A stretch of 52,512 bases of DNA, from the NCBI GenBank assembly GCA_945865695.1, contig CAMBFX010000002.1, positions 1-52,512 on the forward strand. Direction: 5' to 3'. The position numbers and the translations under genes were made by a program. Shown piece after piece: positions 29,196 to 37,728 of this stretch; position 1 is the first letter of the stretch, and the number at the start of each line of letters is the position of its first letter. The notes under the pieces were generated by a model. It saw only the letters and a program-made list of their open reading frames with translations. It did no database searches and was not told the origin of the DNA. The DNA comes from Chryseobacterium gleum (GTDB lineage Bacteria; Bacteroidota; Bacteroidia; Flavobacteriales_D; UBA2798).

Positions 29196-32100
29196 ATGAA
29201 ATACGTTTTTTTAACCATATTGATTGTTTTTACAGCTAACCTGAATAAGATTCATTCGCAAGCTTGTTTGAATAATTACCAGTATCGTGTTCCAATTTCG
29301 GTTCCTAATCTCAATGCCTCCGTATTGACTAATTTTCAAGTAAAAGTATTAGTGAATACATCAGCGCTGATTACTGCTGGAAAATTACGAATTGATGGAG
29401 GAGATGTTCGTTTTACTGATGGTAGCGGAACCAATCTTTCTTATTGGTTTGACCCTGCAACTTTCAATTTTCCCGCTACTGAGTATTGGGTGAAAGTGAA
29501 TAATTTGGCGCTTGGAGCAAATACCATTTATTTATTTTATGGCAATGCTACTGTTCCAGTAGTTGCGAGTGGAGATGCAACTTTTGAATACTTTGATGAA
29601 TTTTCAGGAACCGTTTTAGATAATTCTAAATGGAATCGTTGCGGAGATATTACCAATGTAACTTTAGCAGGTGGAATTATTAATTTTAGCTCAAATAATT
29701 CAGCACCTAATTTTAAAGATGGAATTATTACTTCACTTCAAACTTTTGGCAATAATGTAATTGTTGAAACTGATGTGGTTTCTGTCAATCAAGGAAAAGC
29801 TATTCTTGGATTTATGACAGCAGCTGAAGAAGGGTATGCTACCACTTTTGAAAAAACGACTGGTGTGGATATTTTTAAATTATCCAGAATTACTACTGAT
29901 GCGGTTACTTGTCAAATTCTAACCGATATTTTACCAACTTCTGCTGCAGGAACACTTTCTGGAATATGGTCATTTAGTTGGCCAACTGCTTCTAGTCAAA
30001 CTATCGGCTGGGCGAGTGGTGTTTCTTCGTTTACCTATGCAGATGCAATACATTCGGGTGTTTCGGGTAATCAGAAAAAAATTATTTTAGGATCGCATAT
30101 CAATGCTTCTACCAATACAGGTACATTAGCTATTGATTGGTTACGTGTAAGAAAATTAGCCATAGATCCAATTACGGTTTTAGGGGCTGAGCAAGAATAT
30201 CCTGTTTCTCCTAATCCAACCAATACTGGCCCTTATTGTAATGGCTCTACCATTCAATTTAACTCCACTTCTTATTCTGGAGCTGTTTATACCTGGAAAG
30301 ATCCTTCTAATGGTACTTTTTCTACGATATCAAATCCTACTATTTCGGGAAGTACAATTGGAAATACAGGAACGTATACATTAGAAATTGCTGTACCGGG
30401 ATGTGCACCTGTAGTGACCACTACTTTTGTGGATGTTTCTAATTCTTCGAATGCAGGAGTTACTTCTGGAACAACTACTGTTTGTTCAGGAACGAATGGA
30501 GGAACTGTTTCCGTTGCAGGAATTACAGGCAGTGTTGTAAGATGGGAAATGGCTAATAATATTGCTGGACCTTGGTTTACCATTTCTAGTTCAGCTACGA
30601 GTATGACTTATGCCAATTTGCTTCAAACTACTTTGTTTCGTCCGATAGTAAAAACAACGGCATGTCCTGAGGCAGTAGGAACAGCGGCTGTGATTACAGT
30701 AGATAATGCAACAGTTGGAGGTTTTGTCATAGGAGGAAATTCGGTTTGTGCAGGAACCAATAGCGGAACAGTGAATCTTGTTTTCCAATCAGGAACTGTA
30801 ACTAAATGGCAGTTTTCTATTGATGGCGGTTTAAGTTGGACAGATATCGTTTCGAATAGTACTTCTTATTCATTTACTAATATTTCTACAACCACATTAT
30901 ACAGAGCAGAAGTTAAAAATGGATCTTGTCCGGCACAATTTTCTGCAGCGGCAACGGTGATTGTAAATCCCCTTCCTGTTCCTGGTTTTTCGGTAGCAAC
31001 GGTTTGTGAAAGTGTAGCATCGAATTTTGTGAATACAACCACCATCGCTTCTGGTTCTATCGCCAATTATCAATGGGATTTTGGAAACAGCAGCAGTAGT
31101 ATCTCTGCCAACCCAATTTATATTTATCCCAACTACGGAATTTATTTCGTGCAATTGACTGCTGTTTCAAGTGCAGGTTGTACTGCCTCTACAAGTTCAT
31201 TGGTTACTGTCAATGCGGCTCCTGATGTTTTCTTTAATGCAGCTTCTGTTTGTCAAGGTTCACCAACCAACTTTCAAGCCATCGCTTTCGTTCCAGGCGG
31301 AGGATCAATCTCCAATTATTTTTGGGACCATGATGATGCTTCTACATCCACAGTTCCGATACATTCTTATACGTATTCTTCCACTGGGGTTTACGATGTA
31401 CTTTTAGTTGCAACTAGCAATAATGGCTGTATTGATTCGGTGCGTAATGCAGTAGAAGTAGCCGCGCCTGTTTCAGTGAGTTTTATTGCAGATAGTGTTT
31501 GTTTAGGAACGGCTATTAATTTCATCAATACTTCCGCCACTAATTCTCCAAGTGTATCTTATACTTGGGATTTCGGTAATGGAAATAATTCCACTTTGCT
31601 TAGTCCGATTTATAGTTATCCTGTTATTGGAACTTATACCGTTACTCTTCAAGCACAAGTAGTGGGATCTCCATCTGCATGCGTTTCTTCTACACAAAGG
31701 ACTGTTGTGATTTATGAAGTGCCCAATCCTAATTTTACATTGGCAAATGTTTGCTTGATCGATTCAGCTTCATTTACAAATCTTACTTTTTATACAGGAA
31801 ATCCAACTGATCTTTCTTATTCATGGAATTTCGGTGATGCCACCACAGAAACCTTAACGGATCCTTTTCATACCTATGTCTCACCCGGAAATTTTAATGT
31901 ACAATTGACTGCTTCCACTATCGATGGATGCTCTGCCACCAATACACAATTGATTTCTATTCATCCAATGCCAACGGCTAATTTTGCATTCACAGATGTT
32001 TGTTTGAATACAAATATGAATTTCACTTCTACCGCAACAGTGAGCAGCGGAACACTAACACATGCTTGGGATTTTGATGATGCTTCCACTTCACCCGTAC

Positions 32101-33212
32101 AAAATCCAATTCATTTGTATGGAGCAGATGGAACTTATGATGTTGAATTGATAGTTACCACCAATAATAATTGCCGTGATACCATTGTAAAAACAGTAAC
32201 CGTTTTTCCGCGTCCATTTGTAGATTTCATCAATACACCCGTTTGTGACGGACAACCGAGCACCTTCACCGAATCTACTTCTATTTCTGGTGGAACAGTG
32301 GTTTCTTTCGACTGGGATTATGGTGATGGTTCATCCGCCAATGGAAACTCAACTGTTTATCAATATTTGAATCCGGGAACGTATAATGTGACGCTAACTT
32401 CAACGTCAAATTTCGGTTGCACGCATGATACAACTAAAGCGGTAATTGTAGATGCAGTTCCTGTTCCTAATTTCACTGCTGCTGATGCTTGTTTCGGTGC
32501 CGCGAATCAATTTACCAATACATCCTCTGTATTAGGAAATGGGCCATTAACGCATTTATGGAGATTTGGCGATGGCGGAACTTCTGTTCTTACTTCTCCC
32601 GGAAATATTTATCCAGCTCCAGGATTTTATAATGTAACATTAGTTGTTACCACTGGTGCAGGTTGTGTAGATTCAATAATCAAAGTAACCGAAGTTTATG
32701 CTTTGCCAACAGTGAACGCAGGAAATGATACAACCATTTCAAAAGGAAATGAAGTACAATTAAACGGTTATGATCCTGCTGCTATTTCCTATTCATGGAC
32801 TCCAGTTGCTACATTAGATGTATCGGCGATACCCAATCCTATTGCACGACCAACGGATACTACCACTTATACATTGACGTTAACGGATTTTTTTGGATGT
32901 CAAAATACAGATGATATGACCATTAATGTATTGAATGATTTTAAAATTTTAATTCATAACGTAATCACGCCGGATGGAAACGGACAAAACGATGTTTGGT
33001 ACATTACCAATATTGATTTTTATCCTGAAGCTACGGTGCAATTATTTAATCGTTGGGGTGAATTGATTTACGAAACATTAAATTATCAAAATGATTGGAA
33101 TGGTGTAGTTGGAACCGATCAATTACCTGACGGAACTTACTATTACATTATCACTTTCCCGGATTCAGATATTCATTACAAAGGAGCAGTTACTTTATTA
33201 CGTAATAATTAA
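29196..33212 (+). CDS. Large T9SS type-B cargo: DUF2341-like plus LamG-like N-terminus, Ig-like repeats, 7 PKD domains, gliding-motility-associated (type-B) CTD
   Basis: Signal peptide ...VFTANLNKIHS/Q. YRVPISV...GGDVRFTDGSGTNLSYWFD is DUF2341-like. There are 7 WDFG(N/D)G-type PKD units. The C-terminus NVITPDGNGQNDVWYITNIDFYPEATVQLFNRWGELIYE...LPDGTYYYII is the type-B CTD signature. Confidence 0.9.
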   Translation: MKYVFLTILIVFTANLNKIHSQACLNNYQYRVPISVPNLNASVLTNFQVKVLVNTSALITAGKLRIDGGDVRFTDGSGTNLSYWFDPATFNFPATEYWVKVNNLALGANTIYLFYGNATVPVVASGDATFEYFDEFSGTVLDNSKWNRCGDITNVTLAGGIINFSSNNSAPNFKDGIITSLQTFGNNVIVETDVVSVNQGKAILGFMTAAEEGYATTFEKTTGVDIFKLSRITTDAVTCQILTDILPTSAAGTLSGIWSFSWPTASSQTIGWASGVSSFTYADAIHSGVSGNQKKIILGSHINASTNTGTLAIDWLRVRKLAIDPITVLGAEQEYPVSPNPTNTGPYCNGSTIQFNSTSYSGAVYTWKDPSNGTFSTISNPTISGSTIGNTGTYTLEIAVPGCAPVVTTTFVDVSNSSNAGVTSGTTTVCSGTNGGTVSVAGITGSVVRWEMANNIAGPWFTISSSATSMTYANLLQTTLFRPIVKTTACPEAVGTAAVITVDNATVGGFVIGGNSVCAGTNSGTVNLVFQSGTVTKWQFSIDGGLSWTDIVSNSTSYSFTNISTTTLYRAEVKNGSCPAQFSAAATVIVNPLPVPGFSVATVCESVASNFVNTTTIASGSIANYQWDFGNSSSSISANPIYIYPNYGIYFVQLTAVSSAGCTASTSSLVTVNAAPDVFFNAASVCQGSPTNFQAIAFVPGGGSISNYFWDHDDASTSTVPIHSYTYSSTGVYDVLLVATSNNGCIDSVRNAVEVAAPVSVSFIADSVCLGTAINFINTSATNSPSVSYTWDFGNGNNSTLLSPIYSYPVIGTYTVTLQAQVVGSPSACVSSTQRTVVIYEVPNPNFTLANVCLIDSASFTNLTFYTGNPTDLSYSWNFGDATTETLTDPFHTYVSPGNFNVQLTASTIDGCSATNTQLISIHPMPTANFAFTDVCLNTNMNFTSTATVSSGTLTHAWDFDDASTSPVQNPIHLYGADGTYDVELIVTTNNNCRDTIVKTVTVFPRPFVDFINTPVCDGQPSTFTESTSISGGTVVSFDWDYGDGSSANGNSTVYQYLNPGTYNVTLTSTSNFGCTHDTTKAVIVDAVPVPNFTAADACFGAANQFTNTSSVLGNGPLTHLWRFGDGGTSVLTSPGNIYPAPGFYNVTLVVTTGAGCVDSIIKVTEVYALPTVNAGNDTTISKGNEVQLNGYDPAAISYSWTPVATLDVSAIPNPIARPTDTTTYTLTLTDFFGCQNTDDMTINVLNDFKILIHNVITPDGNGQNDVWYITNIDFYPEATVQLFNRWGELIYETLNYQNDWNGVVGTDQLPDGTYYYIITFPDSDIHYKGAVTLLRNN

Positions 33213-33217
33213 TAATT

Positions 33218-34762
33218 ATGATAAAAGTAATTCACTCCACTATTAAAAAATCAAATAAGATGTTTAGGAAATCTCTTTCGATAGCATTATTTAGCGGTAT
33301 TTCCATTATCGGAATTTCTCAACAAACGGGTTCTTTAGATCATTATTTAGTGAATCAATATTTCATCAATCCTGCAGGAGCGGGAATGAATGGAACTTCC
33401 ATTTTTATGGATTACCGAAAGCAATGGTCAGGATTTACAGGAGCACCAGAGACACAAATTCTAGCAGTGGATGGAAATATTAAACGTGAATCGATGGGAT
33501 TAGGTTTGATGATTCAAAATGATCAAGTAAATGTTTTGGGTTCAACTTCTGTGATGGCTACTTATGCTTATCGAATAAAGTTTGCCGAACAAAATTATTT
33601 ACGTTTTGGTTTATCCTTAGGATTAATTCAAAACCGAATTATTTTTAGTCGTGTGATTGCACAAGATCCTTCTGAATTGCAAATTTTTCAGAACGATCAA
33701 AACAGCTCTACTTTTGATGGAAACGCAGGATTTATTTATGAAATTAAAAATCTTCAAGTAGGTTTTTCGGTTTCTCAATTATTAGGTGGACGTTATTACT
33801 ACGAGAATAATTTCCAAAGCAATACTTTGAATTTTTCAAACATTCGTCATTTTGTGGCCAATGCACAATATCGTTTTGATATTAAAAAAGGAAAATGGGG
33901 AGTGATGCCTTCTGTAATTTTAAGAACATCTCAAGGAATTGCCCCTTTGTATGAAGGAGGAGTAACGGGCTTTTACAAAAAATATGCATGGGCAACTTTT
34001 AGGTATTCCAACAAAGTAGGAATGTCTGCTTCTATTGGAGGAATCATTGCTAAAAATGTTGTTGCTGGTTATTCGTATTCGTTTAATAATAATGCCATGC
34101 GCAATTATAATCAAGGCACGCATGATATTATTCTTGGATTTAGAATTGGGGGAGGTAAAAAAGGCGGAAGTGATATAGATAGTAAGGAATTCGAAGAATT
34201 GAAAAATAAGAGCAATGAACTTTTTGAAAAAACAGATTACTTAAAAAGTGAGAATGAACAATTGCGTAAAGATTTAGAAGCGCAAAAACGAGCGATGAAA
34301 AATTCGGTTTATGGATTGGATAGCTTGAAAAAAATTATGGAAGGTGATATGGATGCTTTGCAGAAATTAATGAAGGAGAACGAAGAGAAGATGAAGAATT
34401 ACAAAGGAAGTGATAATAATGGAACGGGTAATAATGGAACGGGTTCAAACGGTACTGGTTCAAATGGAACTGTAAAAGTGAACGCAGATGGAGTAGAGGA
34501 TGTTCAGGATGGAAAAGTATACATCGTTATTGGTGCGGTAACGAAATTAGAAAACGCCAAGAAATATCAACAGATGATTAAACGTGAATATAATGAAGAA
34601 ACACAGATTGTGCAGGATGACAATCAATTTTGGTATTTCATTTACACGAAGTCTTTCGATAAGAAAGAAGATGCCGTTAAAGAACGCATGCGTGCAGATA
34701 AAGTGGATGTGAAGCAAATTTACATCGGTGATGCTTGGTATTATATTTCCAAGAAGAAGTAA
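33218..34762 (+). CDS. PorP/SprF-family T9SS outer-membrane protein fused to a coiled coil, an NGTGS low-complexity linker and a SPOR-like domain
   Basis: PorP/SprF N-terminal signature ...YLVNQYFINPAGAGMNGTSIFMDYRKQWSGFTGAPETQ. The alternative start M15 (33260) gives a cleaner signal peptide. The C-terminus VYIVIGAVTKLENAKKYQQMIKRE...FWYFIYTKSFDKKEDAV fits the SPOR beta-alpha-beta-beta pattern. Confidence 0.85.
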   Translation: MIKVIHSTIKKSNKMFRKSLSIALFSGISIIGISQQTGSLDHYLVNQYFINPAGAGMNGTSIFMDYRKQWSGFTGAPETQILAVDGNIKRESMGLGLMIQNDQVNVLGSTSVMATYAYRIKFAEQNYLRFGLSLGLIQNRIIFSRVIAQDPSELQIFQNDQNSSTFDGNAGFIYEIKNLQVGFSVSQLLGGRYYYENNFQSNTLNFSNIRHFVANAQYRFDIKKGKWGVMPSVILRTSQGIAPLYEGGVTGFYKKYAWATFRYSNKVGMSASIGGIIAKNVVAGYSYSFNNNAMRNYNQGTHDIILGFRIGGGKKGGSDIDSKEFEELKNKSNELFEKTDYLKSENEQLRKDLEAQKRAMKNSVYGLDSLKKIMEGDMDALQKLMKENEEKMKNYKGSDNNGTGNNGTGSNGTGSNGTVKVNADGVEDVQDGKVYIVIGAVTKLENAKKYQQMIKREYNEETQIVQDDNQFWYFIYTKSFDKKEDAVKERMRADKVDVKQIYIGDAWYYISKKK

Positions 34763-34810
34763 ATAGATAATTTGAAAATGTGTTAATGTGTAAATTGTAG
34801 TGCAGTTTTT

Positions 34811-34852
34811 AACCACGAAGGACACAAAGAAGATCACAAAGGACACAAAGAG
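34811..34852. repeat. REP-like intergenic element built from CACAAAG(G) iterations
   Basis: aaccACGAAGGaCACAAAGaagatCACAAAGGaCACAAAGag. It resembles the element at 43118 (aaccGCAGAGGcGCAGAGttCACAGAGG). Confidence 0.5.
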
Positions 34853-34872
34853 AAAAATAGATTTTAAAATTG

Positions 34873-34905
34873 AAAAAGGCGCGAAGTGATTCGCGCCTTT
34901 TTTTT
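34873..34905. terminator. Bidirectional rho-independent terminator between convergent genes
   Basis: AAAAA-GGCGCGAA-GTGA-TTCGCGCC-TTTTTTTT. The stem is a perfect 8-bp GC-rich helix with a 4-nt loop, an A-tract upstream and a T-tract downstream. Confidence 0.9.
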
Positions 34906-34935
34906 CTTCAATTATTAATTCTTAATTCTTAATTA

Positions 34936-35484
34936 TTACCGGTGCTGATCCACCAAAATTACATTCCCATCCGGATCTTTCATTGTAATGTAAGCAGGGC
35001 CCGTAGTTTTTTCATCGGCTTCGGCATCTAATTTATAGCCGGCTGTTTTTAATGATTTTTGAATTTCACGAACATCATTCCACTTTTCCATTTCTTTTGC
35101 ATTTTCATCCCAACCTGGATTGAACGTAATCATATTTCCCTCGAAAAATCCTTTGAAAATTCCAATCAAGGCATTTCCATTTTTCATGATTAAATAGCCG
35201 CCCGAAATATCCATGTCTTCTTTGGCTTTGAATCCAAGTGCTTCGTAAAACTTTTTAGATGCTTCTAAATCTTTTACATTTAAACTTAAGGAGAAAGCGC
35301 CCACTTTTAAATCAGATTCTGCAGGTAATTCAACTTCTTTTTTTGATTTTTCTTCAACGTCTTTTTTATCATCTTTCTTTTCTGTCGTAGTGGTTTCTTT
35401 ACTTTTAGGTGCAACCATGTAGCGCGTCATATATCCTAAAGTAAATGCAGCGAGGACAACGATGATGAGGATAGAGTTTTTCAT
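34936..35484 (-). CDS. Membrane-anchored VOC/glyoxalase-family protein
   Basis: The ATG at 35484 (MKNSILIIVVLAAFTLGYM anchor) is preferred over the TTG at 35532. A K/E-rich linker precedes the VOC pattern LSLNVKDLEASKKFYEALGF...MKDPDGNVILVDQH. Confidence 0.7.
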   Translation of the reverse strand: MKNSILIIVVLAAFTLGYMTRYMVAPKSKETTTTEKKDDKKDVEEKSKKEVELPAESDLKVGAFSLSLNVKDLEASKKFYEALGFKAKEDMDISGGYLIMKNGNALIGIFKGFFEGNMITFNPGWDENAKEMEKWNDVREIQKSLKTAGYKLDAEADEKTTGPAYITMKDPDGNVILVDQHR

Positions 35485-35564
35485 ACTATATTTATTTTTA
35501 GTTGAAATAAGTTTTAAAAAGGGAGAATTCAAATATCGGTAGAATTATTTCCCAACTCCCTTTT

Positions 35565-36692
35565 TTATTTAAAAATATCAAAATATTCTTCGAAAAAATA
35601 TATTCTGTTACGTTGGCTTTCGTTTAATGATTTTAGGATTTTTAGTTTTATAAAATCTTCAATTAATTTATACGAAGAGACCAATGATAAACCTGTAATT
35701 TCTGCCACTTCCCTTGGGCGAACCACTGGGTTACTAAACAAATGATGCAATAAAAGTTCTGCTTGAATGGATTTTTTTCCAAGCTTCACTATTCTTTTTG
35801 TTTCGCAATGTTGTTTTAATTGTATGATTTTCTTTAAACCATTAATTGCTTTTTCAGCTGTTTCAATAACGCCAACCAAAAAGAATTTAAGCCATTGTTT
35901 TAAATCACTTTTGATACGAACAGTTGTTAAATGTTCGTAATACAAACTCCGATGTCTTTCAAAAAAATCGGAGAGATACAATACCGGTTTATTCAAAACA
36001 TCTGCATGAATAAAATAGAGTGTAATTAATAATCTTCCGATACGACCGTTACCATCCAAAAACGGGTGAATCGTTTCAAATTGATAATGGGCCAATGCTA
36101 CTTTTATCACATGTGGTAAACCACTTTCATCCGAATGAAGAAATTTTTCTAAATCACCGATGAGCGATTCCACTTCTTGCCAAACAGGTGGAATATAAGA
36201 AGCGTCTTTCAAGGTGGCACCGCCAATCCAGTTTTGACTTTTACGGTATTCTCCAGGTAATTTATGTTTTCCTCTAACGCCTCTCAATAATGTTTTCTGC
36301 GCTTGTTTCAATAAACGCGAAGAGAGTGGAAGCGTTTTTAATTCTTTCACACTATGGTTCAAGGCAACAATATAATTATTCACTTCCTGCCAATCGTTGC
36401 GTTTCTCTGGTTCGATTTCCATTTCGGTAAGAAAAACTTCTTCCATGGTGGTTTGTGTTCCTTCCATCTTACTCGAAACATTTGCTTCTTTTGATATATA
36501 CAAACGAATAAAATGATCGATATCGGGAACCAACTCGGCATACGCATTTAATTCACCCAATTTTAAATTGGCTTTTTCAGTAAGCACAACCAAATCGGGA
36601 TCATCAAAAACATAAGAGCGATTGATGAACTCCGGTTGAAAGGCTTTATAGTTCAAGGCTTGAATTCGCTGCCCTGATTTGAACTTTTTCAT
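35565..36692 (-). CDS. Class-II Fic family protein (probable AMPylase) with C-terminal winged-helix domain
   Basis: Fic motif HPFLDGNGRIGRLL. The N-terminal inhibitory-helix motif SSKMEG fits (S/T)xxxE(G/N). C-terminal wHTH-like segment PREVAEITGLSLVSSYKLIEDFIKLKIL. Confidence 0.9.
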   Translation of the reverse strand: MKKFKSGQRIQALNYKAFQPEFINRSYVFDDPDLVVLTEKANLKLGELNAYAELVPDIDHFIRLYISKEANVSSKMEGTQTTMEEVFLTEMEIEPEKRNDWQEVNNYIVALNHSVKELKTLPLSSRLLKQAQKTLLRGVRGKHKLPGEYRKSQNWIGGATLKDASYIPPVWQEVESLIGDLEKFLHSDESGLPHVIKVALAHYQFETIHPFLDGNGRIGRLLITLYFIHADVLNKPVLYLSDFFERHRSLYYEHLTTVRIKSDLKQWLKFFLVGVIETAEKAINGLKKIIQLKQHCETKRIVKLGKKSIQAELLLHHLFSNPVVRPREVAEITGLSLVSSYKLIEDFIKLKILKSLNESQRNRIYFFEEYFDIFK

Positions 36693-36718
36693 TTTATGAA
36701 TAAATTTTAAACTCTTTG

Positions 36719-36790
36719 CAAAGTTAAATAATATTTTTCTTATTTAACTATATTAGCATTAAAGTTAAATAGTGATTTTTTTAGTTAAAT
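36719..36790 (-). promoter_or_regulatory. fic promoter region: -7 box TAACTTTG plus four AGTTAAATA repeats
   Basis: The minus-strand TAACTTTG at 36719-36726 lies 27 nt upstream of the ATG. The 9-mer AGTTAAATA occurs at 36722 (+), 36741 (inverted, perfect), 36763 (+) and 36783 (+, 8/9), spaced about 20 bp apart. Confidence 0.45.
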
Positions 36791-37299
36791 GTAATTAAAT
36801 CTACCTATTGGAGATCAAAACTCAAAAATAGAATGGTTTAATGTGGATTTTAGTAATAGAAGCGAAGAAAATGAACATCCCATTTTTTTCAAGGTTCGGG
36901 CCATGGGACTAATGGTATAATATTCGCCTTCATCGGAGAATTGGTGGTATTTTTTAAAATCAAAAATCCCGCCGTGATGTAAACGTAGTAGGGAAGTATC
37001 TTTTTTGTATTCAACGAATCGATGGATTGCGCTTGGGTTTAAAGCGAGAAACAACAGCCGAGTATGTTTAGTAATAACCAGTGAAAATAAAATGGATTAA
37101 CCAATGTTTTACTTTTCCTATCAACTATTCTAAAGAATAAAATTAATGAAAATCGGATAGGCTAAAAATACCCCTTGTCATCCTTCCGCATAGGCAGAGA
37201 TCCGACTGAGGTAAATAGTAAATATTAATTCGGTAGAAAGGTGTTTGAAAAAGCAAGCAACTTGAAAAATTCTGCAAGATTTACTTGTATCTTTACGGC

Positions 37300-37728
37300 A
37301 TGAACAACGCTGCCTATTATATTCAAAAACTCGACTTGCTGCCTCACCCCGAAGGCGGACATTATAAAGAAATTTACCGCAACGAAAAAAATATTTTGGT
37401 GGATGGTTTTGAGGGAGAACGATCGATGGGAACGAGTATTTATTTTTTATTGCAGGCCGGAGAGCGTTCTGCCTTGCATCGCATCAAGAGCGATGAGATC
37501 TGGTATCATCACGATGGCGGAGCATTAGAAATTATTGAGCAAGACGAAAACCAACAAGAAATTATTACCCGCCTCGGAAAAAACATAGCGAATGGCGAAA
37601 AATTACAACATGTGGTAAAAGCCGGAAGATGGTTTGGTGCGCATCCCGCCAAAGAAACCGAATTTGTATTGGTAGGTTGCCAGGTAAGCCCGGGGTTCGA
37701 TTATAGGGATTGGGAGATGTATGAGTGA
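37300..37728 (+). CDS. Cupin-fold protein (DUF985 family)
   Basis: MNNAAYYIQKLDLLPHPEGGHYKEIYR...SIYFLL...SALHRIKSDEIWYHH.G..L.I is the DUF985 cupin pattern. The ATG at 37300 is preferred over the TTG at 37285. Confidence 0.8.
   Translation: MNNAAYYIQKLDLLPHPEGGHYKEIYRNEKNILVDGFEGERSMGTSIYFLLQAGERSALHRIKSDEIWYHHDGGALEIIEQDENQQEIITRLGKNIANGEKLQHVVKAGRWFGAHPAKETEFVLVGCQVSPGFDYRDWEMYE

Noticed and set aside
24803-33212. Highly periodic DNA in the PKD arrays as a possible CRISPR or non-coding repeat array.
   Set aside because: The periodicity is about 240-260 nt and is fully explained by in-frame PKD and Ig-like protein domains. There are no short direct repeats with unique spacers and no cas genes.
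36815-37054. 79-aa minus-strand ORF between fic and the cupin gene.
   Set aside because: It has a TTG start, no recognisable motif and no promoter box. It may be a remnant of a degraded gene, but I cannot support a call. I mention it only as island context.
37150-37215. Segment ccccttgtcatccttccgcataggcagagatccgactgagg, which resembles fragments of dispersed Bacteroidota repeat elements.
   Set aside because: There is a single occurrence in the window with no inverted or direct repeat partner visible. It cannot be evaluated without a genome-wide search.
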